Origin: Nitrososphaerota archaeon
Lineage (GTDB): Archaea; Thermoproteota; Nitrososphaeria; Conexivisphaerales; UBA164
NCBI GenBank assembly: GCA_029786595.1
Contig: JAFLXO010000001.1
Location: 1,332-65,331, forward strand
Direction: 5' to 3'
Length of the DNA: 64,000 nucleotides
A program made the translations under genes and the position numbers. The notes under the pieces were generated by a model. The model had not been told where the DNA came from. It ran no database searches and was given only the letters and a program-made list of their open reading frames with translations. Below are positions 1 through 9,014 of the stretch, piece after piece. How positions within the stretch are numbered: position 1 is the first letter of the stretch; each line of letters starts with the position of its first letter.

Positions 1-272
1 AGCCCTTTAATGAGCTCATCATCGCTGTCCCCAACGCCTACCCAGCTTATCCCGCGTTCGGTGGCGGCTACAAGCAGCCTGCCGATCGGCGAGTCAACAA
101 TGGCGTATGTGACTGTGTCATTGGGGGGAGTGGCTTTATTGACAGCCGAAGCGGCCCTCCGTCCCTGTTTCTGTTTCCGGCGCGGGGCCTCGTGTACCCC
201 GGCCCTTCCCTGAAGCGGCGAACCAGTGGAATGGCCCGAACCGCCTCCCCTTTCAGCCCCTTTCGGCATCAT
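1..272 (-). CDS. ogt: Methylated-DNA--protein-cysteine methyltransferase (Ogt/Ada-like), 5' part; runs off the window start
   Basis: Manual translation MMPKG...TVTYAIVDSPIGRLLVAATERGISWVGVGDSDDELIKG matches the Ogt N-terminal domain pattern. Not in the ORF track. Confidence 0.75.
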   Translation of the reverse strand, partial: MMPKGAERGGGSGHSTGSPLQGRAGVHEAPRRKQKQGRRAASAVNKATPPNDTVTYAIVDSPIGRLLVAATERGISWVGVGDSDDELIKG

Positions 273-562
273 TTCATATCAATTAAGGCCTTAAATATAT
301 CCCTTCTGGCCTTATCGCAGGTAGCCTGTCTGCAACCTGTTGTCCAGATATCTCTTCGCTATAAAATAAATGACATTTACGGGGAAGGCGCTATAGGTTA
401 TGGCATTAGGCCTGCCCAGCTGCATACGATGGCCCTGATATAACCCTGTAACCATGAAATGGGTGCATTCGATCGTGTCCGGTAAATACCAGCGCAATTC
501 CTACCATTTAACCGGGTTAAAGTTATTAAATATTTATATAAAAAACGCATTTGCTTGAACAC

Positions 563-2218
563 ATGGTACTTAGCCAAGAATATGAGGAAAAGAAGACCGT
601 AGAATATAACGTTATCAAGAAGACTCAGAGCATATGCCCTGAGTGCAACAGGATACTCCCCGCGACCATATTTGAACGGGATCAGAAGGTCTATATGACA
701 AGGACCTGCCCGGACCACGGCGAGACAGAGGAGCTCTACTATGGGGATTATCAGATGTATCTCAAGTTCAGCAGTTACTGGGATGACGGCAAGGGAACGA
801 TGGCGCCGAACGTCGCCATAGATAACTGCCAGTGCCCCGCAAACTGTGGGCTCTGCAGCAACCACCTGAGCCATACCGGCCTTGCCAACATCATAGTCAC
901 TAACAGGTGCGACCTGACCTGCTGGTACTGTTTCTTCTATGTAAAGAAGGGGCTGGAGGGGGCGTACGTCTACGAGCCGGACCATGAACAGATAAGGAAC
1001 ATGGCCAAGGCGCTCAAGGCTGAAAGGCCAGTCCCCGGCAACTCCATTCAGATAACTGGTGGTGAGCCTACGCTCAGGGATGACCTTCCGGAGATAGTAA
1101 GGATACTGAAGGAGGAGGGGGTCGATCACATACAGCTCAATACCAACGGGATCAACATCGCACTGAAGCCTGAGCTGGCCAAGATATACAGGGAGGCGGG
1201 CGTCAGTAACCTTTACATGAGCTTTGACGGGGTTACGGCCAAGACCAACCCAAAGAACCACTGGGAGGCGCCGTACGCAATAGATGCCTGCAGGAAGGCA
1301 GACCTTGGCGTGGTCCTGGTGCCGACCGTCATCAAGTCGATAAACGACCACGAGCTGGGGGCGATCATAGATTATGCCAAGCAGAACATAGACATAGTAA
1401 GGGCGGTAAACTTTCAGCCCGTATCGCTGACCGGAAGGATGAGCAAGAAGGAGAGGGAGAAGTACAGGATCACCATCCCGGATGCGATCAAGAGGATAGA
1501 AGCGCAGACGAACGGTGAGGTCACCGCAGACGACTGGTTCCCGGTACCCAGCTGCTCGCCTATAACTCACTTTATCGAATCCCTTACTCACAAAAAGCAG
1601 TATGAGCTTTCCATCCACTTTGCCTGCGGTGCAGGGACCTACGTCTATATGAGCAAGGGAAAGCTTGTTCCGATTTCGCAGTTTGTGGATATCAAGGGGC
1701 TGGTGGAGTACCTTGATGAAAAGGCCGACGACCTGAACTCGGGTAGCAACAGGTACATGACGATAGCCCAGGCAGCGCTCAAGATAAACAGCTTCGTCGA
1801 CAAAAAGAAGCAGCCTGAAGGGCTAAACCTTGGGAGGCTGCTCTTCAATGCGCTGGTAAGGCACGACTATTCCTCCATAGGGCAGTTCCAGATGAAGAGC
1901 CTCTTCCTTGGCATGATGCACTTCCAGGACAAGTACAATCAGGACGAAGAAAGGCTTCAGAGGTGTGACATTCACTACCTGACACCGGACCTCAGGATAA
2001 TACCATTCTGCAGCTTTAACGTAATACCCGAATGGTACAGGGATCGTGTTCAGAAGAAGTACGGCATGCCCGTCGAGGAGTGGGAGGCCAAGAACGGGGA
2101 GAAGCTCGAGGACAGGCTATACAGGGGACAGCTCAGGAAGGTCAGGCCGGGGATGAAGGCAGAGGCGCCCACCTGCGCCACGGCTGAAATATACCAGAAG
2201 GTCAGCAACCTGGGTTAG
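563..2218 (+). CDS. tes: Radical SAM tetraether lipid synthase (Tes/GDGT-MAS, MJ0619 family)
   Basis: N-terminal CPEC...CPDHG, CPANCGLCSNH, radical SAM motif CDLTCWYC, C-terminal RCDIHY..PD.RIIPFCSFN; AT-rich promoter upstream. Confidence 0.88.
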   Translation: MVLSQEYEEKKTVEYNVIKKTQSICPECNRILPATIFERDQKVYMTRTCPDHGETEELYYGDYQMYLKFSSYWDDGKGTMAPNVAIDNCQCPANCGLCSNHLSHTGLANIIVTNRCDLTCWYCFFYVKKGLEGAYVYEPDHEQIRNMAKALKAERPVPGNSIQITGGEPTLRDDLPEIVRILKEEGVDHIQLNTNGINIALKPELAKIYREAGVSNLYMSFDGVTAKTNPKNHWEAPYAIDACRKADLGVVLVPTVIKSINDHELGAIIDYAKQNIDIVRAVNFQPVSLTGRMSKKEREKYRITIPDAIKRIEAQTNGEVTADDWFPVPSCSPITHFIESLTHKKQYELSIHFACGAGTYVYMSKGKLVPISQFVDIKGLVEYLDEKADDLNSGSNRYMTIAQAALKINSFVDKKKQPEGLNLGRLLFNALVRHDYSSIGQFQMKSLFLGMMHFQDKYNQDEERLQRCDIHYLTPDLRIIPFCSFNVIPEWYRDRVQKKYGMPVEEWEAKNGEKLEDRLYRGQLRKVRPGMKAEAPTCATAEIYQKVSNLG

Positions 2219-2269
2219 GCGGCCGGGCGATCTGGTGAGCAAGGGGCGGCGGACAGGGGTGGTGATAGG

Positions 2270-2842
2270 TTGGCCATCAGCATAACTTCGGCAGAAAGGG
2301 AGAAGTCCAGGGCAACGCTCCTTTCCCCAGTTGAATTCAAGCTACAGACTGACGAAGTGAGCCTGGATGAAGCGGTTAAGGTATCAGTAAGGGCAAAGCT
2401 GGAGGGGGGGCTCGTGGATGCATTCAGAAGGGCTACATGGCAGGAGGCCTACGCGGCTCACGACATACTCCTCAGGCTGCAGTTTGGAATGAGCATCAGA
2501 TCTGGCGGACAGCTGTTCGGAAAGACCATTGTTTCAGCAAAATGGATCAAGAAGGGGATACTGTTCTGGACAAGGGATGCCAACCTGACCGACAACGTAA
2601 CAAACATGATATGGGCTATGGCGGCCGATGAGAACGGCTACAACCATTTCTTCGAAGACGAGCAGAGCGTAAGGGATTTCCTGTTCACGTTCAACAGGGA
2701 ACTCAGCTTCCTGCCGGTGAGCCTTGGAAGGGGCGAGCACAGGCTGCACGCGGAGGTCTTCGTAAAGTGGTGGCGCCATACCTATATAGAAAAGGGACAG
2801 GTCACTGGAAGGTCGCCGTCCATAAGCTTAAAGGTTAGATAG
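2270..2842 (+). CDS. Hypothetical protein
   Basis: 190-aa ORF, TTG start after GGTGGTGA SD-like motif. Confidence 0.7.
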   Translation: MAISITSAEREKSRATLLSPVEFKLQTDEVSLDEAVKVSVRAKLEGGLVDAFRRATWQEAYAAHDILLRLQFGMSIRSGGQLFGKTIVSAKWIKKGILFWTRDANLTDNVTNMIWAMAADENGYNHFFEDEQSVRDFLFTFNRELSFLPVSLGRGEHRLHAEVFVKWWRHTYIEKGQVTGRSPSISLKVR

Positions 2843-2860
2843 GCGTACGTGATAAGCGCA

Positions 2861-3007
2861 ATGGCAAAGTTTGATGGGGTAATAGGTCAGGAGCTTCTGA
2901 CCGTAGAGGAAAAGGAGGGCGAAGTGGTCTTAATATTCAGGGATAATAGGTACATATTTGTAAGGCTGGTCGACGGCAAACTCGTGACCGAAAGCGTGCC
3001 CGAATAG
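2861..3007 (+). CDS. Small hypothetical protein (48 aa)
   Basis: MAKFDGVIGQELLTVEEKEGEVVLIFRDNRYIFVRLVDGKLVTESVPE*; fills the gap between co-oriented genes; below the ORF-track cutoff. Confidence 0.7.
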   Translation: MAKFDGVIGQELLTVEEKEGEVVLIFRDNRYIFVRLVDGKLVTESVPE

Positions 3008-3015
3008 CGCTTCTA

Positions 3016-3366
3016 ATGGATAAAATGGCCAGTTCCATAGCGAAGGAGATGGCCATCCTTCTCGATTCTGATGAGAGCCTGATCAATGCGTATATCGTCC
3101 TTCTCCTGGCAGGCTTCAATGAACATCAGGGAGAGGTCGTTAAGGGAGGTAAGGGCGTAAAAACCGGGCTTGAGGGTGGGCAACTTGAGAGGGCCGTGGA
3201 AAATGGCCTGGTGATAAGCACCAGCTCCGGCTATGTGCCGCTCCACCCGCGGATGGCTATGAGCAACCTCTACCGGCTGAGCTGCATAAGGAATCCGGAT
3301 GTCAGGAAGAACCGTCCAAGGGTGGATGCCCTTGTGGCGAAGCTTATCAGGCTTTGGGACGGCTGA
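3016..3366 (+). CDS. Hypothetical protein (possible winged-helix)
   Basis: 116-aa ORF starting 8 nt after the previous stop. Confidence 0.65.
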   Translation: MDKMASSIAKEMAILLDSDESLINAYIVLLLAGFNEHQGEVVKGGKGVKTGLEGGQLERAVENGLVISTSSGYVPLHPRMAMSNLYRLSCIRNPDVRKNRPRVDALVAKLIRLWDG

Positions 3367-3505
3367 GCCTTTTCAGTCAAGTAAGTGCTGGAGGATACCT
3401 CCCTGTAATGTCCATCTGGTGCTATAGCCGCATCAGGGGGCGCCCTCTCGTGTTTCTTTAAAAACACACGAAACCGATAAATAAAGCTGGCATGTGGATC
3501 AACCT

Positions 3506-4276
3506 ATGGACCTTGGGGAGAAGGCTATAAAATCGCTAGTGTATCTGGGCCTTTCAGAATACGAAATCAAAGTATATTCAGCGCTGCTTCAGGGCGGCCC
3601 CCTGACGGCTTCCGAATTAAGCAAAAGTTCAGGGGTTCCCTATTCGAAGATATACGATATACTGAATTCCCTGGAGGAAAAGGGGTGGATAGACGATGAT
3701 AAGGAGAGGCCGAGCAAGTACTTCCCATGTGATCCCGAAGCTGCGCTCAACACCAGCAAGGCCAGGATAGATAAGACATTCGAAATATCGAAGCAGAGCG
3801 TCCTGGACGAAATAAAGCCGATATATGACAAGGTGGAAACGCGGGAAAGGCCGGAGATATGGGTGGTGAGGGGGGAGAAGGCGGTGCTCGAGAAGACGCT
3901 CGAAATAATCCAGAACGCGTCGTCCGAGCTCAAGCTGGCCATCCCGGCCCTGGTGGCTGGGCAGTATGGCGTGGAGGAGCTGCTCCCCCTTATCAAGCCC
4001 ATCAAGTGCTACTTCCTGGTGAGCGATAACGGTCTCGCTGGGCTGATCAAGAGCTCGATGCCGAGCGCTGAAGTAAAGATAAGGGATGGGATGTTCGGAG
4101 GGGGGGTGATCGGGGACCTGAAACGGGTTCTCCTACTGCTGGGGAGGGGCGACAGCGGTTCCCCATATCTGGCCATATCGGCTGAGCACCCCGGACTGGC
4201 CATATTTGCGGACAGCTACTTCAAATACCTGTGGGAAAGCTCCAGCTATTATAGCACAACGGCGTCAGGCCGCTGA
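3506..4276 (+). CDS. TrmB-family transcriptional regulator
   Basis: LGLSEYEIKVYSALL..GPLTASELSKSSGVPYSKIYDILNSLEEKGWI TrmB HTH. Confidence 0.9.
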   Translation: MDLGEKAIKSLVYLGLSEYEIKVYSALLQGGPLTASELSKSSGVPYSKIYDILNSLEEKGWIDDDKERPSKYFPCDPEAALNTSKARIDKTFEISKQSVLDEIKPIYDKVETRERPEIWVVRGEKAVLEKTLEIIQNASSELKLAIPALVAGQYGVEELLPLIKPIKCYFLVSDNGLAGLIKSSMPSAEVKIRDGMFGGGVIGDLKRVLLLLGRGDSGSPYLAISAEHPGLAIFADSYFKYLWESSSYYSTTASGR

Positions 4277-4458
4277 GTGCGCTTGCCTGGCCTTTCATGG
4301 GTGGCCGTTGGCGTTCAGCAGCTTAATGAGTGCTGGATTTCACTAGCTATCAATAAGTGAAAAACCGGGGCTTGGGCAACCATTTGGCCCTTGGAGCCGG
4401 GGGGAACGAAAACAATGTACGATATGCTAATATAGCCACCGATGGGTCATCGATCATC

Positions 4459-4863
4459 ATGACGCAGGAACAGTGCAAACACGACGTGAGGTACGCCGGC
4501 GTTCTAAACCTCCTGCACGGCTTTGGGATTTTGGGGGCTGTGGACGTGTGGGAGTGTGCCAAATGTGGCCAGATATGGTGCGACGAAAAGAGGCTCGGGG
4601 TACAGGATCTGCCCCCCCATGTTGGATTTCCTCCCAATGAGCCCGATAGTGAATGGGCCATACTTGTGTGCAGGGACGGCGAGAAACTGGAATGGCACCT
4701 GCTGCAGGTTAAAAAGGGGGCAAAGCTGGAGCACAACTGCGAGGTCTTCAATACGACCTGCAACATCGAGATGGTAGACGGCAAGGCCGTATGCGACCTT
4801 CATAAGGAGGGGCACACGTTCTTTTCAGTGAAGGACAACATAAACAGGAGCATCAAGGTTTGA
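4459..4863 (+). CDS. Cys/His-rich hypothetical protein (putative metal-binding)
   Basis: CKH...CAKC..WCDEKR and CDLH motifs; ATG 4459 chosen as start. Confidence 0.7.
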   Translation: MTQEQCKHDVRYAGVLNLLHGFGILGAVDVWECAKCGQIWCDEKRLGVQDLPPHVGFPPNEPDSEWAILVCRDGEKLEWHLLQVKKGAKLEHNCEVFNTTCNIEMVDGKAVCDLHKEGHTFFSVKDNINRSIKV

Positions 4864-5162
4864 ATGACCGGCATGACATGGTGGTGAGCTATATGATGAA
4901 AATCACCGTTTCCAGCGCGCAAATGGGGGCCGTAGCCGGATTTATCAAGGGGCATATAGATATCGACGGGCTCACGGTCAACTTCGTGGGAACCGCCTAT
5001 GGCCGGTTCAGCGGGCACAACATATCCGTAAGGTTTTCTCCTGCAGCAAAGAAGAAGATGGTTCAAAGGGGGCTTGATCCGGAACAGGTAGCGTTAGACG
5101 CCCAGCAGGCGCTGATCACCGGTTCCTTTGAGCTGACGGACAATTCGGCGGCTTCGGAATAG
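4860..5162 (+). CDS. Hypothetical protein (start uncertain)
   Basis: ORF of up to 100 aa in operon context. Confidence 0.6.
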   Translation: MNDRHDMVVSYMMKITVSSAQMGAVAGFIKGHIDIDGLTVNFVGTAYGRFSGHNISVRFSPAAKKKMVQRGLDPEQVALDAQQALITGSFELTDNSAASE

Positions 5163-5210
5163 GCATGCGCCGGTGGTTGCACTGGCGCTATGTGGCGCTA
5201 AGTTACAGCG

Positions 5211-6215
5211 TCAGGCCCACACGTTCATGTTGAATATATCCCCTATATCCTTGCCCTCAAAGAGGCGCACCAGCGCCAGGCCCTGTGGATATGAAAGGAT
5301 GGGCTTTTCGAAGCCCCTGTCTGCCATAGGTATCCTCGGACAGCCCAGCTCGATGAACGCGTCATAATCCCTTATCAGGTTGATCCTTGCCGGGGATATA
5401 TCACGGAGGGCCATGAGGGTCGCTACCTTGCCAAGCTGAGAAAGCCTGGTTCTGAACCACTCGCCCTTCGCCCGGAAGGACTGTCCTTCCCTTAAGCCTA
5501 CTATTATCCCGAATTTATCTCCACCCTTGGCCTTGTAGATCCCAAGCACCGCCTTCTTGTACATCTTGTCGCCCTCCTCCTTGACGTCCGTCACCTCCCC
5601 AAAATGTGGATCCACGAGGTAGGTGGGTTTCAGCGTCGAAAGGTATATGCCGGCGGCATGAAACATGCTCTGGCCTATAAAGAGGAAGGCCTCTGCATTC
5701 GAATTCCTCGGCGCGTAATAGTTGCAGCCAAACACCTGGCCCTCGAACAGCGACGGAAACGGCTTTGACTTGACTACCTCAAACCCAGCGGCCGTCAGGA
5801 TGGCCTCGGCCCTGGCCATGGCGCCCCCGTAATTGCTCGTGGTTATCAGGCCGACCCTTGTGTATCCGTGCGAACGCAATACCTCCGCGGCGGTGGCCAT
5901 CGCAGCTTCTACATCAACGTCGTACTCAGCCCTGATCAGGAAGGTCTTGCTGCCCATCTTCGGTATATCCGTAGAATGGCCGATGTTGAACACCGCATCA
6001 AGGTTCAGCCTGTCTGCCTCGGCGTTCTGGAGGTCGCACGTGCCATATGTAGCCTCCAGGAACACGAAGACGCTTGTGCCGGGATACCTGTTCTCTATTT
6101 CCCTCGCCAGCTCCGGCAGCTTGTAGAGTATACCGTCAGGTGCGGACAGGCCAACGGAACGAAATCCGTTTTTCTCGATCAGCGAAAATATCAGCTCCTT
6201 ATCTATTCTGATCAA
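5211..6215 (-). CDS. dph2: Diphthamide biosynthesis enzyme Dph2
   Basis: YGTCDL, GQVFGCN and GCPRIP Fe-S cysteine motifs. Confidence 0.92.
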   Translation of the reverse strand: MIRIDKELIFSLIEKNGFRSVGLSAPDGILYKLPELAREIENRYPGTSVFVFLEATYGTCDLQNAEADRLNLDAVFNIGHSTDIPKMGSKTFLIRAEYDVDVEAAMATAAEVLRSHGYTRVGLITTSNYGGAMARAEAILTAAGFEVVKSKPFPSLFEGQVFGCNYYAPRNSNAEAFLFIGQSMFHAAGIYLSTLKPTYLVDPHFGEVTDVKEEGDKMYKKAVLGIYKAKGGDKFGIIVGLREGQSFRAKGEWFRTRLSQLGKVATLMALRDISPARINLIRDYDAFIELGCPRIPMADRGFEKPILSYPQGLALVRLFEGKDIGDIFNMNVWA

Positions 6216-6564
6216 ATTGTTTATGACTTTCCAAGTTCTCCATTAATATGTGTATCTGGATTTACACGGGTATATTCATGCCGCTGCACCCCTACCTATC
6301 CGCGCGGTTGGCCAACCATCCTTCCTCCACCGCTGGCCTCTGTGTATCGATACCCTCCACCCATTCCTTGTTGCGGATGCTGGCAAGGACTCGCGGTCCA
6401 TTGCCGGCCGGCCCGTGCCGGCCATCAAGTTATGCTGATCAGAGCTAAATTGGAGGCCATGGAGCCCTTATGAAGATCGCGCAGGGTGCAAATTCTGCAG
6501 GCCCCCGCGGCGGGCGGCCCAAATGGAACTGAACGGCATGGAACGTGTTAGGGAATAGCCTCCA

Positions 6565-7773
6565 GTGCCCCAAAGTATTTTAGCCAAGCGCTGCATAAAG
6601 GTAGCGTTGAGTGGACTTTCAGTTTTATTCGCGTCAAAGACCATCAGGGTCTTCGTATTCGGCACGGTCACGGTCCTCACTCCGGTCTACCTGTCCCTAA
6701 TGGGCTATTCTTCGCTCTACGTTGGCCTGGCACTGATGGTGATAGTCATCGGGAACGCGCTTTCAAATACCTTCCTGACGTGGTACGGTAATGCCTTCGG
6801 TCGGAAGAGGACGCTGCTCCTTTTCAGCTCCTTGATGGCCATATCCGGTGGCATACTGTTCATTTCAAGGTCATTTCCGCTTATCATCGTGGCGCTTTTG
6901 ATAGGCAACATAAGCACGACAGGGACAGAAGCCGGCCCATTTCAGTCGATCGAATCTGGCGTGCTCCCGAAGCTGACCTCGGACGCGGGCAGGGGGCGAG
7001 CGTTTGGAATGTACAACATGCTGGGCTACTCCGCCTCGGCCATCGGGGCGCTGGCCGCTACGATCCCTTCATTCTTTGGAGGGGCCATGCCGGTCTTCAG
7101 ATACCTATACCTGATCTATGGCTTTGTGGGCATATCGCTCTTCCTGCTGTACAGGAGGCTGCCCGAAATTGAGGCCGTGAAAAGGGGGGTCGGCTTCCGA
7201 AATATATCAACGAAGGCAAGGCGGGAGATCAAGAAGCTTTCGGCATTGTTCTCAATGGACGCGCTGGGTGGAGGCTTCGTAACGCAATCGCTCATAACCT
7301 ACTGGTTCTTCCTTGTCTATCACGTATCGCTTCAGGGCCTGGGTTTAATATTCTTCTTCGTGAACGTAATCACCGCCCTTTCAATTTACGGCGCTTCATT
7401 GATGGCCGAAAGGCTTGGCAATCTTCGCACCATGGTCTACACCCATCTCCTTTCAAACGTCTTCCTCATCCTGATACCGATTTCAGGCTCGCTGGAGCTG
7501 GGGCTGATGTTCCTCTTCCTGAGGCAGAGCGTGTCCCAGATGGACGTCCCCACCAGACAGGCGTTCATGGCCCAGGTATTTGATGACGACGATAGGGTTT
7601 CGGCAAACGCAATAACCAATACCTTCAGAAGCGCCAGCGCGATCATCGGAGCTCCCATAGCCGGTCTCGCCCTGGCCCAGGCCCTTTTCTCCCTTCCCTT
7701 TCTAGTGGGAGGGTCATCGAAGGTGGCCTACGACCTCTCCATATTTGCGGCATACAGGAAGAAGGTCAAGTGA
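6565..7773 (+). CDS. MFS transporter (start uncertain)
   Basis: About 12 hydrophobic segments; FGRKR loop; SQMDVPTRQAF motif. Confidence 0.88.
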   Translation: MPQSILAKRCIKVALSGLSVLFASKTIRVFVFGTVTVLTPVYLSLMGYSSLYVGLALMVIVIGNALSNTFLTWYGNAFGRKRTLLLFSSLMAISGGILFISRSFPLIIVALLIGNISTTGTEAGPFQSIESGVLPKLTSDAGRGRAFGMYNMLGYSASAIGALAATIPSFFGGAMPVFRYLYLIYGFVGISLFLLYRRLPEIEAVKRGVGFRNISTKARREIKKLSALFSMDALGGGFVTQSLITYWFFLVYHVSLQGLGLIFFFVNVITALSIYGASLMAERLGNLRTMVYTHLLSNVFLILIPISGSLELGLMFLFLRQSVSQMDVPTRQAFMAQVFDDDDRVSANAITNTFRSASAIIGAPIAGLALAQALFSLPFLVGGSSKVAYDLSIFAAYRKKVK

Positions 7774-7840
7774 TGGCTTGCCTGGCTCAAAGGCAGCTGG
7801 GCTTCGAGCCCCATATGGCCGTCCCATAAATCAGATGAGG

Positions 7841-8167
7841 TCAGGAGACCGGCGAGCCCGTAGCAATATCCTTATCAGGCCTGAGAAGCGACAGCTCCTT
7901 TCCATCAAAGGCAGCCAGTACCATCACCTCAGATTTCAGGCCCATCATCTCCTTGGGCTTGAGGTTTGTCACCACGATCACCAGCTTTCCCACAAGGGAA
8001 GGCACATCATAGTATTTGATTATCCCGGCTATGGCCTGTTTAGTTTCAGCACCTATCTCTATTGACAGCTTGATAAGCTTGGATGAACCCTCTACCTTTG
8101 TGGCCTCCAGGATCCGCCCCACCCTTATGTCCAGCTTCTTAAAATCTTCGAATTCGACGGTGCTCAT
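7841..8167 (-). CDS. tRNA-binding OB-fold protein (Trbp111/MetRS C-terminal-like)
   Basis: DFKKLDIRVG...NLKPKEMMGLKSEVMVLAA. Confidence 0.9.
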   Translation of the reverse strand: MSTVEFEDFKKLDIRVGRILEATKVEGSSKLIKLSIEIGAETKQAIAGIIKYYDVPSLVGKLVIVVTNLKPKEMMGLKSEVMVLAAFDGKELSLLRPDKDIATGSPVS

Positions 8168-8225
8168 GGTTTTTGTCCCATAATGCCTCCTTTTAACCTT
8201 TGAGCTTTGGAACTGGCTTCATGGC

Positions 8226-8346
8226 AAAAGGAAGGGCCGGAATACGACTCAGATTAATGCCTTCAAATCATCAGTATCATATTAACTCTGAATCATCACC
8301 GTCGTACCGCCTTCCCGACCGGGCGTAGCTTTCGCTTTGCCCGGCC
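8226..8346 (-). ncRNA. Box C/D sRNA with extended terminal stem and 5' GAAA-capped hairpin
   Basis: C box GTGATGA (8299-8293), D' ATGA, C' TGATGA, D CTGA (8252-8249); stems TACGAC/GTCGTA and GGAAGG/CCTTCC; TTTTTTTATAA upstream (8369-8379); T-run downstream. Confidence 0.85.
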
Positions 8347-8477
8347 GTATGTGAGCGGTGACCCCACCTTATAAAAAAAGCGGCTTGCGCCGACTGGCCA
8401 TGTTAAAAGCTCCGAACCAGGTGGAAGTGTTGTGAGCCGGCGTCCGGCCAGCAAGGGCCACCATGAGTTAGAGGATA

Positions 8478-9014
8478 TCACTTAGCGCCGCTTTTATAGT
8501 CCATGGCCAGCTTCCTGTAATCCCGGTGCCCGCATCTGGTGCACTTGACGAAGGACCTGCCGGTTGGGACGACTTCGCCTCCACATTTGCTGCAGGAGGT
8601 GAATATAACGCCCAGCTCTGGCTCATCTATTCTCACGAATAGCATAGCGTTCCTGATCAGCTTAACCTTTGCCCTGATGATGTCCCCTTCCCTTCCGGCA
8701 GGGGCATCCCTTACACTGCCTTTCATGTACAATACTGCGGTCTGTTTTACCCCCACGTTCCGGCCATCCAGCTGGTTAATGCGTATGTACACAAAGGGCT
8801 TCTGGACCTGGTCTATCGTCCCCACTATCTCATCATCTGGCTTCGGGAATGGCTTCTTCAACCCGATGGATGTCAGGGACCTGTCCTTCCTGTTGATCCT
8901 GATATTTGCGACCTTTGTAGAATAGATTTCACCGTCGAGCACATATACGTCCCCCCTGGCGTCATATTCCTCAATGACGGCCAATCCTTCCCCCGGTACG
9001 GCCCTGTTGTTCAT
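8478..9014 (-). CDS. csl4: Exosome RNA-binding protein Csl4
   Basis: VPGEGLAVIEEY, S1 domain, CSKCG...CTRCG..RKLA zinc ribbon. Confidence 0.9.
   Translation of the reverse strand: MNNRAVPGEGLAVIEEYDARGDVYVLDGEIYSTKVANIRINRKDRSLTSIGLKKPFPKPDDEIVGTIDQVQKPFVYIRINQLDGRNVGVKQTAVLYMKGSVRDAPAGREGDIIRAKVKLIRNAMLFVRIDEPELGVIFTSCSKCGGEVVPTGRSFVKCTRCGHRDYRKLAMDYKSGAK

Noticed and set aside
398-1618. 406-aa minus-strand ORF and similar long antisense ORFs (e.g. 47176-47886, 55812-56522)
   Set aside because: Shadow frames of well-supported genes in GC-rich DNA.
6216-6560. Long intergenic region with several short ORFs
   Set aside because: No coding signal or recognisable RNA motif.
8296-8481. 61-aa ORF; also considered SRP RNA or a c-di-GMP riboswitch
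   Set aside because: It overlaps the C/D sRNA and its promoter. SRP helix-8 and the second c-di-GMP stem motifs are absent.
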